Shown here: in pieces, positions 22,960 through 32,304 of the stretch | How the letters are laid out: the number at the start of each line of letters is the position of its first letter | How positions within the stretch are numbered: the first letter of the stretch is position 1 | NCBI GenBank assembly: GCA_039199465.1 | Contig: JBCCSW010000001.1 | Span: 1 to 37,087, forward strand | Length of the DNA stretch: 37,087 bases | DNA from: Pseudomonadota bacterium | Lineage (GTDB): Bacteria > Pseudomonadota > Alphaproteobacteria > Rhodobacterales > Rhodobacteraceae | Reading direction: 5' to 3' | Notes under the pieces: generated by a model | Told to the model about the DNA's origin: nothing | Database searches by the model: none | What the model saw: the letters and a program-made list of their open reading frames with translations, nothing else | Position numbers and translations under genes: made by a program

Positions 22960-23895
22960 ATGACCCGCACCGTCCTGGAATCGAAGACACGCGCCGTAGC
23001 CATCGGCTTCGACGAACCGTTCTGCGTCATCGGAGAGCGTATCAATCCGACCGGTCGCAAGAAGCTCGCCGCGGAGTTGGAGGCGGGGGATTTTTCGACG
23101 GTCGAAAAGGATGCGCTGGAGCAGGTCGCCTGCGGAGCGATGGTGCTCGATGTGAATGCGGGCGTCGTCTACAACAGCAATCCAAATCCGAACGAGACCG
23201 AACCGCCGCTGATGCGCAAAATGATCGGGCTGGTTCAGGGCCTTGTCGACGTTCCGCTCTGCATCGACAGTTCGGTGCCGGAAGCCTTGGCGGCGGGTCT
23301 GGAGATGGCAGATGGACGACCGCTACTGAACTCAGTGACGGGGGAGGAGGAACGCCTTGAGGTCGTTCTGCCGCTTGCCAAGAAGTACGGTGTGCCCGTC
23401 GTTGCCATCTCAAACGATGACACTGGCATCTCTGAAGACCCGGACGTTCGTTTCACCGTCGCGAAGAAGATAGCCGAGCGTGCAGCCGATTATGGCATCC
23501 CGGCGCATGATATCGTGGTCGACCCACTGGTCATGCCGATCGGCGCGATGGCAACGGCCGGTCAGCAGGTCTTTACGCTTGTGCGCCGCCTGCGCGAGGA
23601 ACTCGGCGTCAACACGACCTGCGGCGCCTCGAATGTTTCGTTCGGTCTGCCGAACCGCCATGGCATGAATGCAGCGTTCCTGCCCATGGCGATCTGCGCC
23701 GGTATGACCTCGGCGATCATGAACCCTGTTCGACCGCAGGAGATGGAGGCGATCCGCGCGGCGAACTTGCTGATGAACCACGATGCGAATGGTGCCGCGT
23801 GGATCAGGGCAAACAAGCCACCGCAGGCCGACGGCGAGGTCGAAGTCGGTGCCCGTGGTCGACGCGAAGGCCGGCGGCGCCGCGTCGGCGCGTAA
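22960..23895 (+). CDS. Stand-alone pterin-binding methyltetrahydrofolate:corrinoid methyltransferase (folate module of a split methionine synthase or similar system)
   Basis: IGERINPTGRKKL, LDVNAG, CIDSS, LLNS, VVDPLVMP and GASNVSFGLP motifs; no homocysteine- or B12-binding domain in the ORF. Confidence 0.9.
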   Translation: MTRTVLESKTRAVAIGFDEPFCVIGERINPTGRKKLAAELEAGDFSTVEKDALEQVACGAMVLDVNAGVVYNSNPNPNETEPPLMRKMIGLVQGLVDVPLCIDSSVPEALAAGLEMADGRPLLNSVTGEEERLEVVLPLAKKYGVPVVAISNDDTGISEDPDVRFTVAKKIAERAADYGIPAHDIVVDPLVMPIGAMATAGQQVFTLVRRLREELGVNTTCGASNVSFGLPNRHGMNAAFLPMAICAGMTSAIMNPVRPQEMEAIRAANLLMNHDANGAAWIRANKPPQADGEVEVGARGRREGRRRRVGA

Positions 23896-23904
23896 GCGCG
23901 CGGC

Positions 23905-24738
23905 TCAGCAATCTGGCACGATATCCTCAGCCGCGATCACCTGGTGATCCATCATCTGCGCTGGCCTGGGACACCCAGCTTCACCAACAGGCTTTGCGGG
24001 TACGCCGGCGACAGTGGTGTTCGGTGGGACGTCCTTCAGAACGACGCTGCCAGCGGCGATCCGGGAGCAATCTCCGACCCGAATATTCCCCAAAACCTTT
24101 GCGCCGGCGCCGATTAGGACGCCGTCGCCGATCTTGGGATGACGGTCGCCGCCGGCCTTACCGGTACCGCCAAGCGTAACGCCATGTAGCATCGAGACAT
24201 CGTCGCCAACGACCGCCGTCTCCCCGATCACCATCGAGTGCGCGTGGTCGATCATGATCCCCTTACCGATCCGGGCGTTGGGGTGGATGTCGATGGAGAA
24301 CTTCTCTGATGCGCGCATCTGAAGGTAAAGGGCCACGTCACGCCGTCCGGAAACCCACAGACGGTGCGCCACGCGATGCGACTGCAGCGCCAAATAGCCC
24401 TTGAAGTAGAGCAGCGGCTGAACCAGCCGCTCGCAGGCCGGATCACGGTCGTATACCGCCGAAAGATCTGCGCGAGCGGCAGTGCGTATCGACGGATCCT
24501 CAGCAATCGCCTCGTCCACCAATTCCCGCAGCAGCATCGGCGGCATTTCTTCGGTGGACAGTTTGACCGTTACCCGATGCGCCAGAGCCGCCTCGAAGCT
24601 CTGGTGATGCAGTACCGCCGAGTGCAGGAAGCCAGCCATCAGCGGCTCGGCCCTGGCGATGCTCTCAGTCTCACGCCTGATGCGGGCCCAGGTCGGATCG
24701 AGGTTTGGAAGCGCTTCGTGGTGTATCGCTTCGCTCAT
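23905..24738 (-). CDS. cysE: Serine O-acetyltransferase
   Basis: DRDPAC, LLYFKG, IDIHP, IDHAH, VTLGGTGK..DRHPKIG, hexapeptide repeats, AGVPAK. Confidence 0.97.
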   Translation of the reverse strand: MSEAIHHEALPNLDPTWARIRRETESIARAEPLMAGFLHSAVLHHQSFEAALAHRVTVKLSTEEMPPMLLRELVDEAIAEDPSIRTAARADLSAVYDRDPACERLVQPLLYFKGYLALQSHRVAHRLWVSGRRDVALYLQMRASEKFSIDIHPNARIGKGIMIDHAHSMVIGETAVVGDDVSMLHGVTLGGTGKAGGDRHPKIGDGVLIGAGAKVLGNIRVGDCSRIAAGSVVLKDVPPNTTVAGVPAKPVGEAGCPRPAQMMDHQVIAAEDIVPDC

Positions 24739-24764
24739 CTTCGCCTCCCACGGTCTCTGCCGTA

Positions 24765-25472
24765 CTACAAGGCGACAGGCGGTGAGATTTCAATGACGTG
24801 GATCGCAATTAAAACGCGACCCGCGCTGAAACTGCCCCCCGTCGCGTGCAACTCGATCGGCGTGTCCGTGTAGTAGGCCAGCGGCGATCCCGTCGCGCCA
24901 AGTGCGTATGAACCGACCGCCGTCCCAAGCCCGCTCCCGTATCGATCCGTCGCGCCAGCCACGCCCAGGGTCCAGGTCGCCGGACCCACGATCTCCTCGA
25001 TCACGCGGCCGGTCACGCCGATCACGATGGCGTTCTGCGGAATGACGGCGGCGCTGACATGGCTGATGCCGCTGGACAGCGTCTCGTCGACATACAGCAA
25101 GCGTGCGGCCGTAAAGGCACCAATCGTCGAACCAGCGACAAGCCCATCGCGCCAAGCAAACCCATCATAGACGTAGACGCGTCCGTCAGAACCGTCGGTC
25201 AGGCGCTTGCCGGGCGTTGGCGTGATGAACGCCCAGCCGCCACCGATGCCGAAGGCGATCTCACCCGCATGATCGCTCCACTCACCAGTCGGCGTGTCGC
25301 CAATCACATAGACACTACCGTCGACCGCGCTCGGCGGCGTATCAATCCCGACGCCGTCGGCTGTGACGGCGACGCCTGCGTCAAGCCGCGACAGCGCTTC
25401 GTTGACGGTGACGTGCTTTTGGGCCTGTGCCGCATCCAGGAGCGGCAGGCCGAGCATTGCTGTCTCACCCAT
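24765..25472 (-). CDS. DUF2793-domain protein, putative GTA tail fibre
   Basis: N-terminal LGLPLL..AQAQKHVTVNEAL.RLD and W..H.G.IA....GW.F..P..G motifs; start overlaps the g15 stop by 8 bp. Confidence 0.88.
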   Translation of the reverse strand: MGETAMLGLPLLDAAQAQKHVTVNEALSRLDAGVAVTADGVGIDTPPSAVDGSVYVIGDTPTGEWSDHAGEIAFGIGGGWAFITPTPGKRLTDGSDGRVYVYDGFAWRDGLVAGSTIGAFTAARLLYVDETLSSGISHVSAAVIPQNAIVIGVTGRVIEEIVGPATWTLGVAGATDRYGSGLGTAVGSYALGATGSPLAYYTDTPIELHATGGSFSAGRVLIAIHVIEISPPVAL

Positions 25473-28400
25473 CGATCTCAGTGCTCCTCCATTTGCCCGC
25501 CCCGATGACGGTCGAAAGCTGTGCTACGCGAAGTTGGAAACCGCCCGTCACGCCATCCGCGGCACGGGATGCGGCGTCGTAGACGAAGAATGGCGTCGCT
25601 ATGATTTCCTGCCGCCGGACGACGCCATCGGTCAGGATCTCGACCCGATATGCCTCGGTTTCTTCGCCGAGCGGCACATCGGCACCAAACCAATTGTCCC
25701 CACCGATCCGCGTGCGGCGCACCCATTGCGCGGTATAGTCATCACCCGACTGCGTGACGCGGAGATGCGCCGGCGCGAAGGGCACAAGCCCGGCACCTGA
25801 GGGTGTCGCCGAGAGGCGAACAAAACTGGGATCGTCGGGGGAAAGGCTCGACGCGCCGAAGGCAAACTCCATCAGGACGCCGAGCTCGTCGATCCCCACT
25901 GGTAGCCGCTGCACGGCGTCATCCAGGAAGACAACGCGTACACCCGGCGCGTGCGCCGCCGAAGCGACATCCTCGGTGCCCCGTTGCCCGCGGAGCAGGT
26001 GCGAAAGACGATACGTGTGCGGCGCGACCAGCTCGGCATCCCGGAACTGCAGGATCTCCCACGCCCCACCCGCAGACTGCAACGCCAGGGTATTCGCGCC
26101 GCGCAACACATCCGCTTCTGAAGCCGAGAAAAGCCGCTCGTCTATCATCTCGACCTCGAACGACTGTCGCTGCCAGACGCCGCACGGCCCGGAGTTCAGT
26201 GTCGTCGTGGTCAGACCCGTCAAGCCAGCCACCCGCTGAGCGCCCAGATAAGACAACCCGCCGCCCGGCTCGACATCGTAGAGATCGACAGATCCCGGCC
26301 AAGGCGACGCTGTCGACGTCACCCGCGCGCCTATATCGCCATCATCCTCGGAAAGCGGCAGATCGAGAAAATGCCCGGCGACAGGACCCGGCACCAGGAC
26401 GCCCTCGACGCTGAGCTGCGTCTCCGCAACGGGGCGCGGCAGGTATTGCGCCGCGTCGATGCGCGTCAGAGAATGCGAGGATGCAGCCCCGCGTTCGATG
26501 CGCTCGATGCGCCAGGCGCCGGTCTGGCCCTCCAGCGTGACGACATCCCCGGCCTCGAGCATCGTGTGAGACATCGGCAACGTGACGAAAGCACCGTCCC
26601 TTGCGCCGGTCAGTTCCGCGAGCCAGCGCTCGGCCACGCCCTGCGCCATCGTACGGGCCATGGCGATTTCGGCGGACGCTCTTTCGAACCCGACGCCGTT
26701 ACTCCCGTCGAACGACACCTCGACGGTCGCCGCTTCATAGGCGTTCTCAGCATCGCGAAACGTATAGCGGACACCGGCAATGCTCTCCTGCTCCGCCTCT
26801 CGAACCAACTCGACAGCGCGCCCCGTCTTATCGATCTCGACCAGAGCGTCTGCGCCGATCGCAGTATCCGGACCACTGCCGCGCATTCGGAAGATGATCT
26901 TGCCGCCGCTCTCGAACGCGTCGAAGCCGTAGGCGGTCATCAGCGGCTGCAGCGCTTCGCGGATCGTTGCTGCGCTGTCGATCAGATAACCGGTCACGGC
27001 GCCATGCAGGCCGCCCACCTCGTAGTCGGTGAAGCCTCCCCTAGCGCAGATCGCGGCGACCGTCTCGGCCAGACTCGAGGCGGTCACCCGACCGGTGATC
27101 CAGTGTCCTCGCCGGTGGTTCGGCCCGTCCGCCCAGGTCGACGTCCGGTTGGGAAATGCCGGCCAGGGCCGCGCATCCCAGGTCCATACATAGATCCCGT
27201 CGACCGACAGCATCGGCCCGCCATAGACCGCCGAGACGCGGTCGCCATTGTCGCGCCAATACCCGACCTTGGCCTGCAAAAAGCGACGCTGCATCTCGTC
27301 GTCGCGCACGCCCCGCGATCCATAGGGCAACGAGCTCTCCGAACTCTTCGGGTCCAGGAAAACGTTTGGCTGGTTAGCGCCCAAATCGACCGCGGCGCAT
27401 CCGGTTTCGGTCAGTCGGATCGGCTTCATCTCGGGCTGCCAAGCGGTCGGCGCGGTTTCTCTGATGCCGCCGACCCGATTGTGATGGGCGTTCTCCCACC
27501 AGCCATTCAGGTCCTTCGGGCGAAAAACCCAGTCCTCGCCATACGCCGTGTCTTGGATCGGCGTGCGAACCTGCGCGGTTCGGTACGCAGCGCTGGCATA
27601 GTACCAGTCATAGTTCTCGCCACCCGCGACGTTGGCGGTCAGGTAGCCCATTTCGTAGATCGACTTGTAACCCGCCGCGGCGTCCAAATGGTTCGGGTCA
27701 TACCGCCAGTCGGCGCAGGACATGTAGTCGTCGATCCCGATGAAATCGATCGCTGGATCGGCCCACAACGGATCCAGATGGAAGAGCCGGTCACCGGACC
27801 CGTCATCCGGCACATGACCGAAATACTCGCTCCAGTCAGCAGCATAGCTGACTTTGCTCTCAGGTAGTATCGACTTCACCTCAGCCGCAAGCAGGCGAAG
27901 CTGCTCCACGGCGGGGTACGTGGTCCGGCTGTCGCGTATCTGCGTCAGACCGCGAAGTTCGCTGCCAATACAGAAGGACTCGACGCCGCCTGCGATCTTT
28001 GCCAACGCCGCCAGATGCAGAACGAACCGGCGCAGCCCCCAGTCCGAGGCGGCGCCGCCGAATGCCGGCATCGTCCCGGACGTGTCGAAATCCGAGGCGG
28101 CCGCCGATCCAAAGAACTGTGCGACCTCCGTCGCTGCGGCAGCGGTCTGATCGGTCGAGCCGGGCTGACCAGGCGCGGCATCCAGCGTGATGCGACCGCG
28201 CCAAGGCAGCGCAGGCTGGCTGGCGGCGCCTCCGTATGGATCAACCAGCGCGTTCTCGTCCGGCACATCCATCAGAATAAACGGATAGACCATCACCTCG
28301 AAGCCGCGGGCCTTCAGCGCGCGTATGGCCGCGATCACCGACGCGTCTGACGGGGTGCCGCCATAGACCGGCGTTCCCTCGGCATTCCGGCTGACGATAG

Positions 28401-29400
28401 GCGCCGTGTCCGTGTTCAGGCCGGCGGCGGTCCAGGATGTTGGGATGCTCTGGCGACCGGGCCGCTCGATCTTCGGCATGATGCTGCAACGGCCGCAGCG
28501 CAGATCGTCACCGAACCACGATACCACCAGCGAGACGCGCCGGCATCTCGGCAGATCCGCCTCTAGCTGATCGAGCGCGACCTCCAGATCGGCCTTCCGG
28601 GCGGTCGTCGCGACGTTGGCGACGCTCGTGCTGCCGCCCGGGCCGACATAGTGGTGCACCTCATCATGCAGCGCGAACTCGCCCGTGCCAGGCGATAGAG
28701 CGACCGCCTCGATCAACTCGGGGAGCGGCGTACCGGTCTCCCTCTCGTCCAAACCAAGCGCCAGGCCACCAGGCGCGCGGAACACCTCGAAGGCGAACTG
28801 CGGAATCCGGTTGCCGTAGTCACCAAGCGCGAGATCCTCGAAGACCACATAGGCCGTGCCGCGATAGCTCGGCACGTTGCCGGTCCCCTCGACGGCCTCG
28901 ATCTTCGGATCGGGGTCTTGGGTCTCATCGCCCAGATAGACGCGGTAGGTCACCGACTTGACGTCGATCTCCTCGCCATCCGCCCAGATCCGCCCGACCC
29001 GGTCGATCGGTCCTTCGCACAGACCGATCGCAAGGCTGATCGAATAGCTGTACTCGCGAACGGTCGTGCCACCGCCACCGCCGCCACCTCCCTTGCCGCC
29101 CTGGCGGCTCTCATTGACCCGTTCTTGGAACCGCGTCGACCAGATGATCGTCCCGGTGACACGCGCGCGACCGTAGACGCGCACGATCGGCGTTCCTTCG
29201 GTAGATGTCTGCAGCCGCAGCGACCTGGCACGCCCGACATCGACCGCCTTCGAGCCACGTCCAAGCAGCGCCTGATCGATCAGCCCACCGGCCACGGCAC
29301 CTACCGCCTGACCGAGTGTGGCGGCACCGATGCCCAGGATCGACCCACCTACCGCACTGCCGACGGCGCTGCCCGCCGCAGCTAGAACCAGCGTTGCCAT
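25465..29400 (-). CDS. GTA g15 baseplate multidomain protein ('megatron', host-specificity J-like, with GTA TIM-barrel domain)
   Basis: 1311 aa; MATLVL, LCEGPI..VGRIWADG, YRGTAYVVFE, YGGTPSD, SYAADWSEY, WTWDARPWP, LLRGQRGT and W.RRTR motifs. Confidence 0.95.
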   Translation of the reverse strand: MATLVLAAAGSAVGSAVGGSILGIGAATLGQAVGAVAGGLIDQALLGRGSKAVDVGRARSLRLQTSTEGTPIVRVYGRARVTGTIIWSTRFQERVNESRQGGKGGGGGGGGTTVREYSYSISLAIGLCEGPIDRVGRIWADGEEIDVKSVTYRVYLGDETQDPDPKIEAVEGTGNVPSYRGTAYVVFEDLALGDYGNRIPQFAFEVFRAPGGLALGLDERETGTPLPELIEAVALSPGTGEFALHDEVHHYVGPGGSTSVANVATTARKADLEVALDQLEADLPRCRRVSLVVSWFGDDLRCGRCSIMPKIERPGRQSIPTSWTAAGLNTDTAPIVSRNAEGTPVYGGTPSDASVIAAIRALKARGFEVMVYPFILMDVPDENALVDPYGGAASQPALPWRGRITLDAAPGQPGSTDQTAAAATEVAQFFGSAAASDFDTSGTMPAFGGAASDWGLRRFVLHLAALAKIAGGVESFCIGSELRGLTQIRDSRTTYPAVEQLRLLAAEVKSILPESKVSYAADWSEYFGHVPDDGSGDRLFHLDPLWADPAIDFIGIDDYMSCADWRYDPNHLDAAAGYKSIYEMGYLTANVAGGENYDWYYASAAYRTAQVRTPIQDTAYGEDWVFRPKDLNGWWENAHHNRVGGIRETAPTAWQPEMKPIRLTETGCAAVDLGANQPNVFLDPKSSESSLPYGSRGVRDDEMQRRFLQAKVGYWRDNGDRVSAVYGGPMLSVDGIYVWTWDARPWPAFPNRTSTWADGPNHRRGHWITGRVTASSLAETVAAICARGGFTDYEVGGLHGAVTGYLIDSAATIREALQPLMTAYGFDAFESGGKIIFRMRGSGPDTAIGADALVEIDKTGRAVELVREAEQESIAGVRYTFRDAENAYEAATVEVSFDGSNGVGFERASAEIAMARTMAQGVAERWLAELTGARDGAFVTLPMSHTMLEAGDVVTLEGQTGAWRIERIERGAASSHSLTRIDAAQYLPRPVAETQLSVEGVLVPGPVAGHFLDLPLSEDDGDIGARVTSTASPWPGSVDLYDVEPGGGLSYLGAQRVAGLTGLTTTTLNSGPCGVWQRQSFEVEMIDERLFSASEADVLRGANTLALQSAGGAWEILQFRDAELVAPHTYRLSHLLRGQRGTEDVASAAHAPGVRVVFLDDAVQRLPVGIDELGVLMEFAFGASSLSPDDPSFVRLSATPSGAGLVPFAPAHLRVTQSGDDYTAQWVRRTRIGGDNWFGADVPLGEETEAYRVEILTDGVVRRQEIIATPFFVYDAASRAADGVTGGFQLRVAQLSTVIGAGKWRSTEIDG

Positions 29401-29403
29401 GGC

Positions 29404-29853
29404 TCAACGCCCCTTCGGAAAACGAAAGGCACCGGCGAGGCGCCGCGCCCAAGACGGGCCGATCGCCGTCTCGCAGACGGCATGGCCCTCATAGGCATGG
29501 ACGATCCTGCCCGAACGACAATCGCCCGTGACGAGGATGCCGACATGCTTCGCGATCCCTTTCTCGCGCATGCGGAAGGCGAGGATGTCGCCGGGTGCAG
29601 CCTCGGCCGGGTCAATCTCGGCCATGCGGCGTCGGGCCGCCACCAGCAGCGCCTCGACCCGACCGGTCTCTGCCCAGTGCGGCGAGTAGGCCGGCACCCG
29701 CTCCGGCTCAGGCCCGATCACCTCGCGCCAGATGCCGCGGACCAGGCCAAGGCAGTCGGTGCCCACCTGCTCCCGGCTGGCCTGGTGATGATACGGCGTC
29801 CCGATCCAGCGCCGCGCGACGGCGACGACCCGTTCAGCTTGGCTGTCAATCAC
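29404..29853 (-). CDS. GTA g14 NlpC/P60-family cell-wall peptidase
   Basis: ARRWIGTPYHHQ, DCLGLVRG (catalytic Cys), KHVGI, HAY; GTG 29853 overlaps the g13 stop. Confidence 0.93.
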   Translation of the reverse strand: MIDSQAERVVAVARRWIGTPYHHQASREQVGTDCLGLVRGIWREVIGPEPERVPAYSPHWAETGRVEALLVAARRRMAEIDPAEAAPGDILAFRMREKGIAKHVGILVTGDCRSGRIVHAYEGHAVCETAIGPSWARRLAGAFRFPKGR

Positions 29854-30739
29854 GGAACAACGAGCCTCCGTCATGCTTACCGCCATCTCGCGGATACCCC
29901 GCCGCCCAGTCGTCGCCCGGCATGTGCGGGAAACCGCGATAGTTCGAGAGGTTGCCGAACTTGCCGGCGCAGGTCGTCTGCAGCTTGTCGCAGCCGACCG
30001 TCACGCTGAACGCATCGCCGGCGAGGGCGCTCTCAGGCAGGGCGTTCCAGGTCTCGAGGTACGCGTCGGCACCGTCGATCTCGTGCTGACGGACAATCGC
30101 GGTCAGACCGGCGGCATCGCCGCTGATCCAGGTCAGGGTACCGCCCTCGAACCATCCCGCGTCGAAGCCGCCCAGGCCACTTGCGCGCAGCCGCGCGGCG
30201 CTCTCTACCGCCTCGACTTGCCCCACACCTTTGTAGGCGGGATCGTCCAAGTCGATGCCGCAACCGCCATCGCCGACCATCCTGTCGCAACCGCGCACAT
30301 AGGCCCGACCGACGGCACGGTTGAGGCCGGCCGACAGCCCAAGAACCTCGGCCTCGAACGCATGGCCGCGCCGGGTGATCGCCCCCAGCGTCCCTACGTT
30401 CAGCAGCAGACGGATCGAGACATCCTGCCAATCGACCAGGAACTGCCGCACGACGGCGCCATCCAGACGACCGGCGGCAATGTCCTCTTCCGTGATCGAC
30501 GCAGCGCTCAGCGCCCCCTCGACCGATTGCGTATCGATGCCGAGGCCAAGCGACACGCTCGCCTCCGACGCGGTCAACCCGCTCGCAGCGCGATGCAGCA
30601 GCCCGTCGAAGCTTAGATCGCGATCATGGTCGGTGAAGCCGAGCCGCAATCCATCGCGGCGTTCCAGCTGCCAGCAACGGCAGAGCGTCGTGCAGCCGCT
30701 GTCCAGCCGCGCCTGCAAGGCCGGGGATATCGCGCGCAT
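29846..30739 (-). CDS. GTA g13 baseplate hub protein (DUF2163/BR0599)
   Basis: GFTDHDRDL, C-X7-C, GCDK...C..KF.N..NYRGFPHMPG. Confidence 0.93.
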   Translation of the reverse strand: MRAISPALQARLDSGCTTLCRCWQLERRDGLRLGFTDHDRDLSFDGLLHRAASGLTASEASVSLGLGIDTQSVEGALSAASITEEDIAAGRLDGAVVRQFLVDWQDVSIRLLLNVGTLGAITRRGHAFEAEVLGLSAGLNRAVGRAYVRGCDRMVGDGGCGIDLDDPAYKGVGQVEAVESAARLRASGLGGFDAGWFEGGTLTWISGDAAGLTAIVRQHEIDGADAYLETWNALPESALAGDAFSVTVGCDKLQTTCAGKFGNLSNYRGFPHMPGDDWAAGYPRDGGKHDGGSLFRD

Positions 30740-31362
30740 CAGGCCAACACCTCGATCAAGGGGATCGAGGGTACTTCGCCCGCCTCGAACGCCGACAGGT
30801 TCATCTCCAAGCTTTCGCTGTCGAAGCGAACGCCCACATGGAACCTGAAGCCCGCCGTGACGGTCGCCCCTGTGGCTGGCGGCACGCTCAGCGTCACGAC
30901 GCCGCTCAAGGCGTCGACGGCGACGCCGGTTTGCTCAAAGCCGCCCACTGCGACCACCACGCTGTCTACGACCGGTTTCGTAATGTTCCGCACGACCTCA
31001 TGGGCGCCAGGCTCATATGTCTTGGTCAGCTGGAAGCTGGTGGTCGAGCCGTCCCCGGTGCCGATCACCTGGTCCGTCGCCGTCGGCTCGGCCGACGGCA
31101 GGCCGGATCGGCAGTCCAAGAAGTCCTGCCAGCGAAACGCATAAAGCTGCCCGCGCCGCGCTTCGAAGAATGCCGCGACCGCATGAAGGTCATCGAGCGA
31201 CCTGATACCAAGCCCCGCGTCATAGCGCCGCCGCGCATTCGCCCAAGGCGTGTTGCGCTCCTCATGACCGTTGATCAGGCGCACGATCTCGGTCCGCCGC
31301 TCCAGACCGCCCGTCGATCCGAAGCTGATCGCCGTTGGGAAGAGCACGTCGTGAAAACTCAT
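30739..31362 (-). CDS. GTA g12 distal tail protein (DUF2460)
   Basis: MSFHDVLFP, GHEERN.PW, FFEARRG, AGF.F...VRFD. Confidence 0.93.
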   Translation of the reverse strand: MSFHDVLFPTAISFGSTGGLERRTEIVRLINGHEERNTPWANARRRYDAGLGIRSLDDLHAVAAFFEARRGQLYAFRWQDFLDCRSGLPSAEPTATDQVIGTGDGSTTSFQLTKTYEPGAHEVVRNITKPVVDSVVVAVGGFEQTGVAVDALSGVVTLSVPPATGATVTAGFRFHVGVRFDSESLEMNLSAFEAGEVPSIPLIEVLA

Positions 31363-31409
31363 GGTTGCTGTCCCTAGCCGTGTTCGGAAGCAGTCTCAGA
31401 AACCGGTCG

Positions 31410-32072
31410 TCAGAGCCGCCGCTCGCCCAGACCGGCCAGCCGCGCGACCTGAGCCGCCACCTGCGCCCTCGAGCGCCTGAAGCCCTCCACGTCAGGTGTC
31501 TGGATGTTGACGATGACCTGCGACCGCCCACCGCCTCCGCTGACGGCCCGCACACCCAGCCGTCCGTCTGGCCCGCGTGACAGCGGCATGATCGCCTCGG
31601 GGCCCGCCTCGCCCATCAATCCGACGCCATTGCGCATCGGGAACATGGTCGGCCCGTTCACGACGCCACCGCGCGCGAAGGCGCGAACACGGCCCGAACT
31701 CATGGCACCGCCCGAGGCAAAGCCGAACAGCGAGCCGACTGCCCCCCCAAGCGCCCCGACCGCCCCGGCAACGCCCTGACCCAGCGCGCCCTGGACCGGC
31801 TTCAAGGCGGCGTCCAGTGCCTGCCCCGCGACTGAACGTGCCAAACCACGCATCACGTCGCCCAGTTGAGACCCACCGAACACCGCGCTGTCGAAGGCCC
31901 GCCTCAGCGATCCGCTGAGCGAGCGCGACAGCCGCAGCGCCCCACCGTCCAGCTCGCGCATCTGTCGCGCCGCCTCGCTCAGCTCACTCGCCAGGCCCGA
32001 GGACTGACCGCGCAGATCGCTGATCGTCCGCGCCAGATCGCCCGAGCTCGTCAGTCCGTCATCCGTTCTCAT
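31410..32072 (-). CDS. GTA g11 short tail tape measure protein
   Basis: About 220 aa, helical and Gly/Ala-rich; FA.GG, GLMGEAGPEAIMPL.RG.DGRLGV and F.RS..Q.A motifs. Confidence 0.92.
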   Translation of the reverse strand: MRTDDGLTSSGDLARTISDLRGQSSGLASELSEAARQMRELDGGALRLSRSLSGSLRRAFDSAVFGGSQLGDVMRGLARSVAGQALDAALKPVQGALGQGVAGAVGALGGAVGSLFGFASGGAMSSGRVRAFARGGVVNGPTMFPMRNGVGLMGEAGPEAIMPLSRGPDGRLGVRAVSGGGGRSQVIVNIQTPDVEGFRRSRAQVAAQVARLAGLGERRL

Positions 32073-32304
32073 CGTCGCTTCCCTCATCATGGGCGAAGCG
32101 CGCTCCGTCCGGGAACGCGGCCATCAGCGCATCCAAACGCGCGCGGCCGAACGCCTCGCCCCGCACCGCCACCAGCCCCGCGCCCTCCAGCATCCGTTGG
32201 AACTCGACAGGGGTCAGCGCCCAGAAATCCTCGGCCCCGAGCCCCAGTTGACCGAGGCCGAGACGCATCATCGTGTCCCAGTCGCAGCGCCCGTCCGCGC
32301 TCAC
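32059..32304 (-). CDS. GTA g10.1 small protein (rcc01693-like tail assembly chaperone)
   Basis: DW..MM..G...L.L....FW.LTP.E and L..LM..FPD motifs; its GTG overlaps the g10 TGA. Confidence 0.88.
   Translation of the reverse strand: MSADGRCDWDTMMRLGLGQLGLGAEDFWALTPVEFQRMLEGAGLVAVRGEAFGRARLDALMAAFPDGARFAHDEGSDDENG

Noticed and set aside
29068-29105. Poly-Gly (GGC/GGT) run near the g15 N-terminus
   Set aside because: It extends the usual GGKGG flexible loop of g15 homologues; it is in frame and imperfect, so not a contingency repeat.
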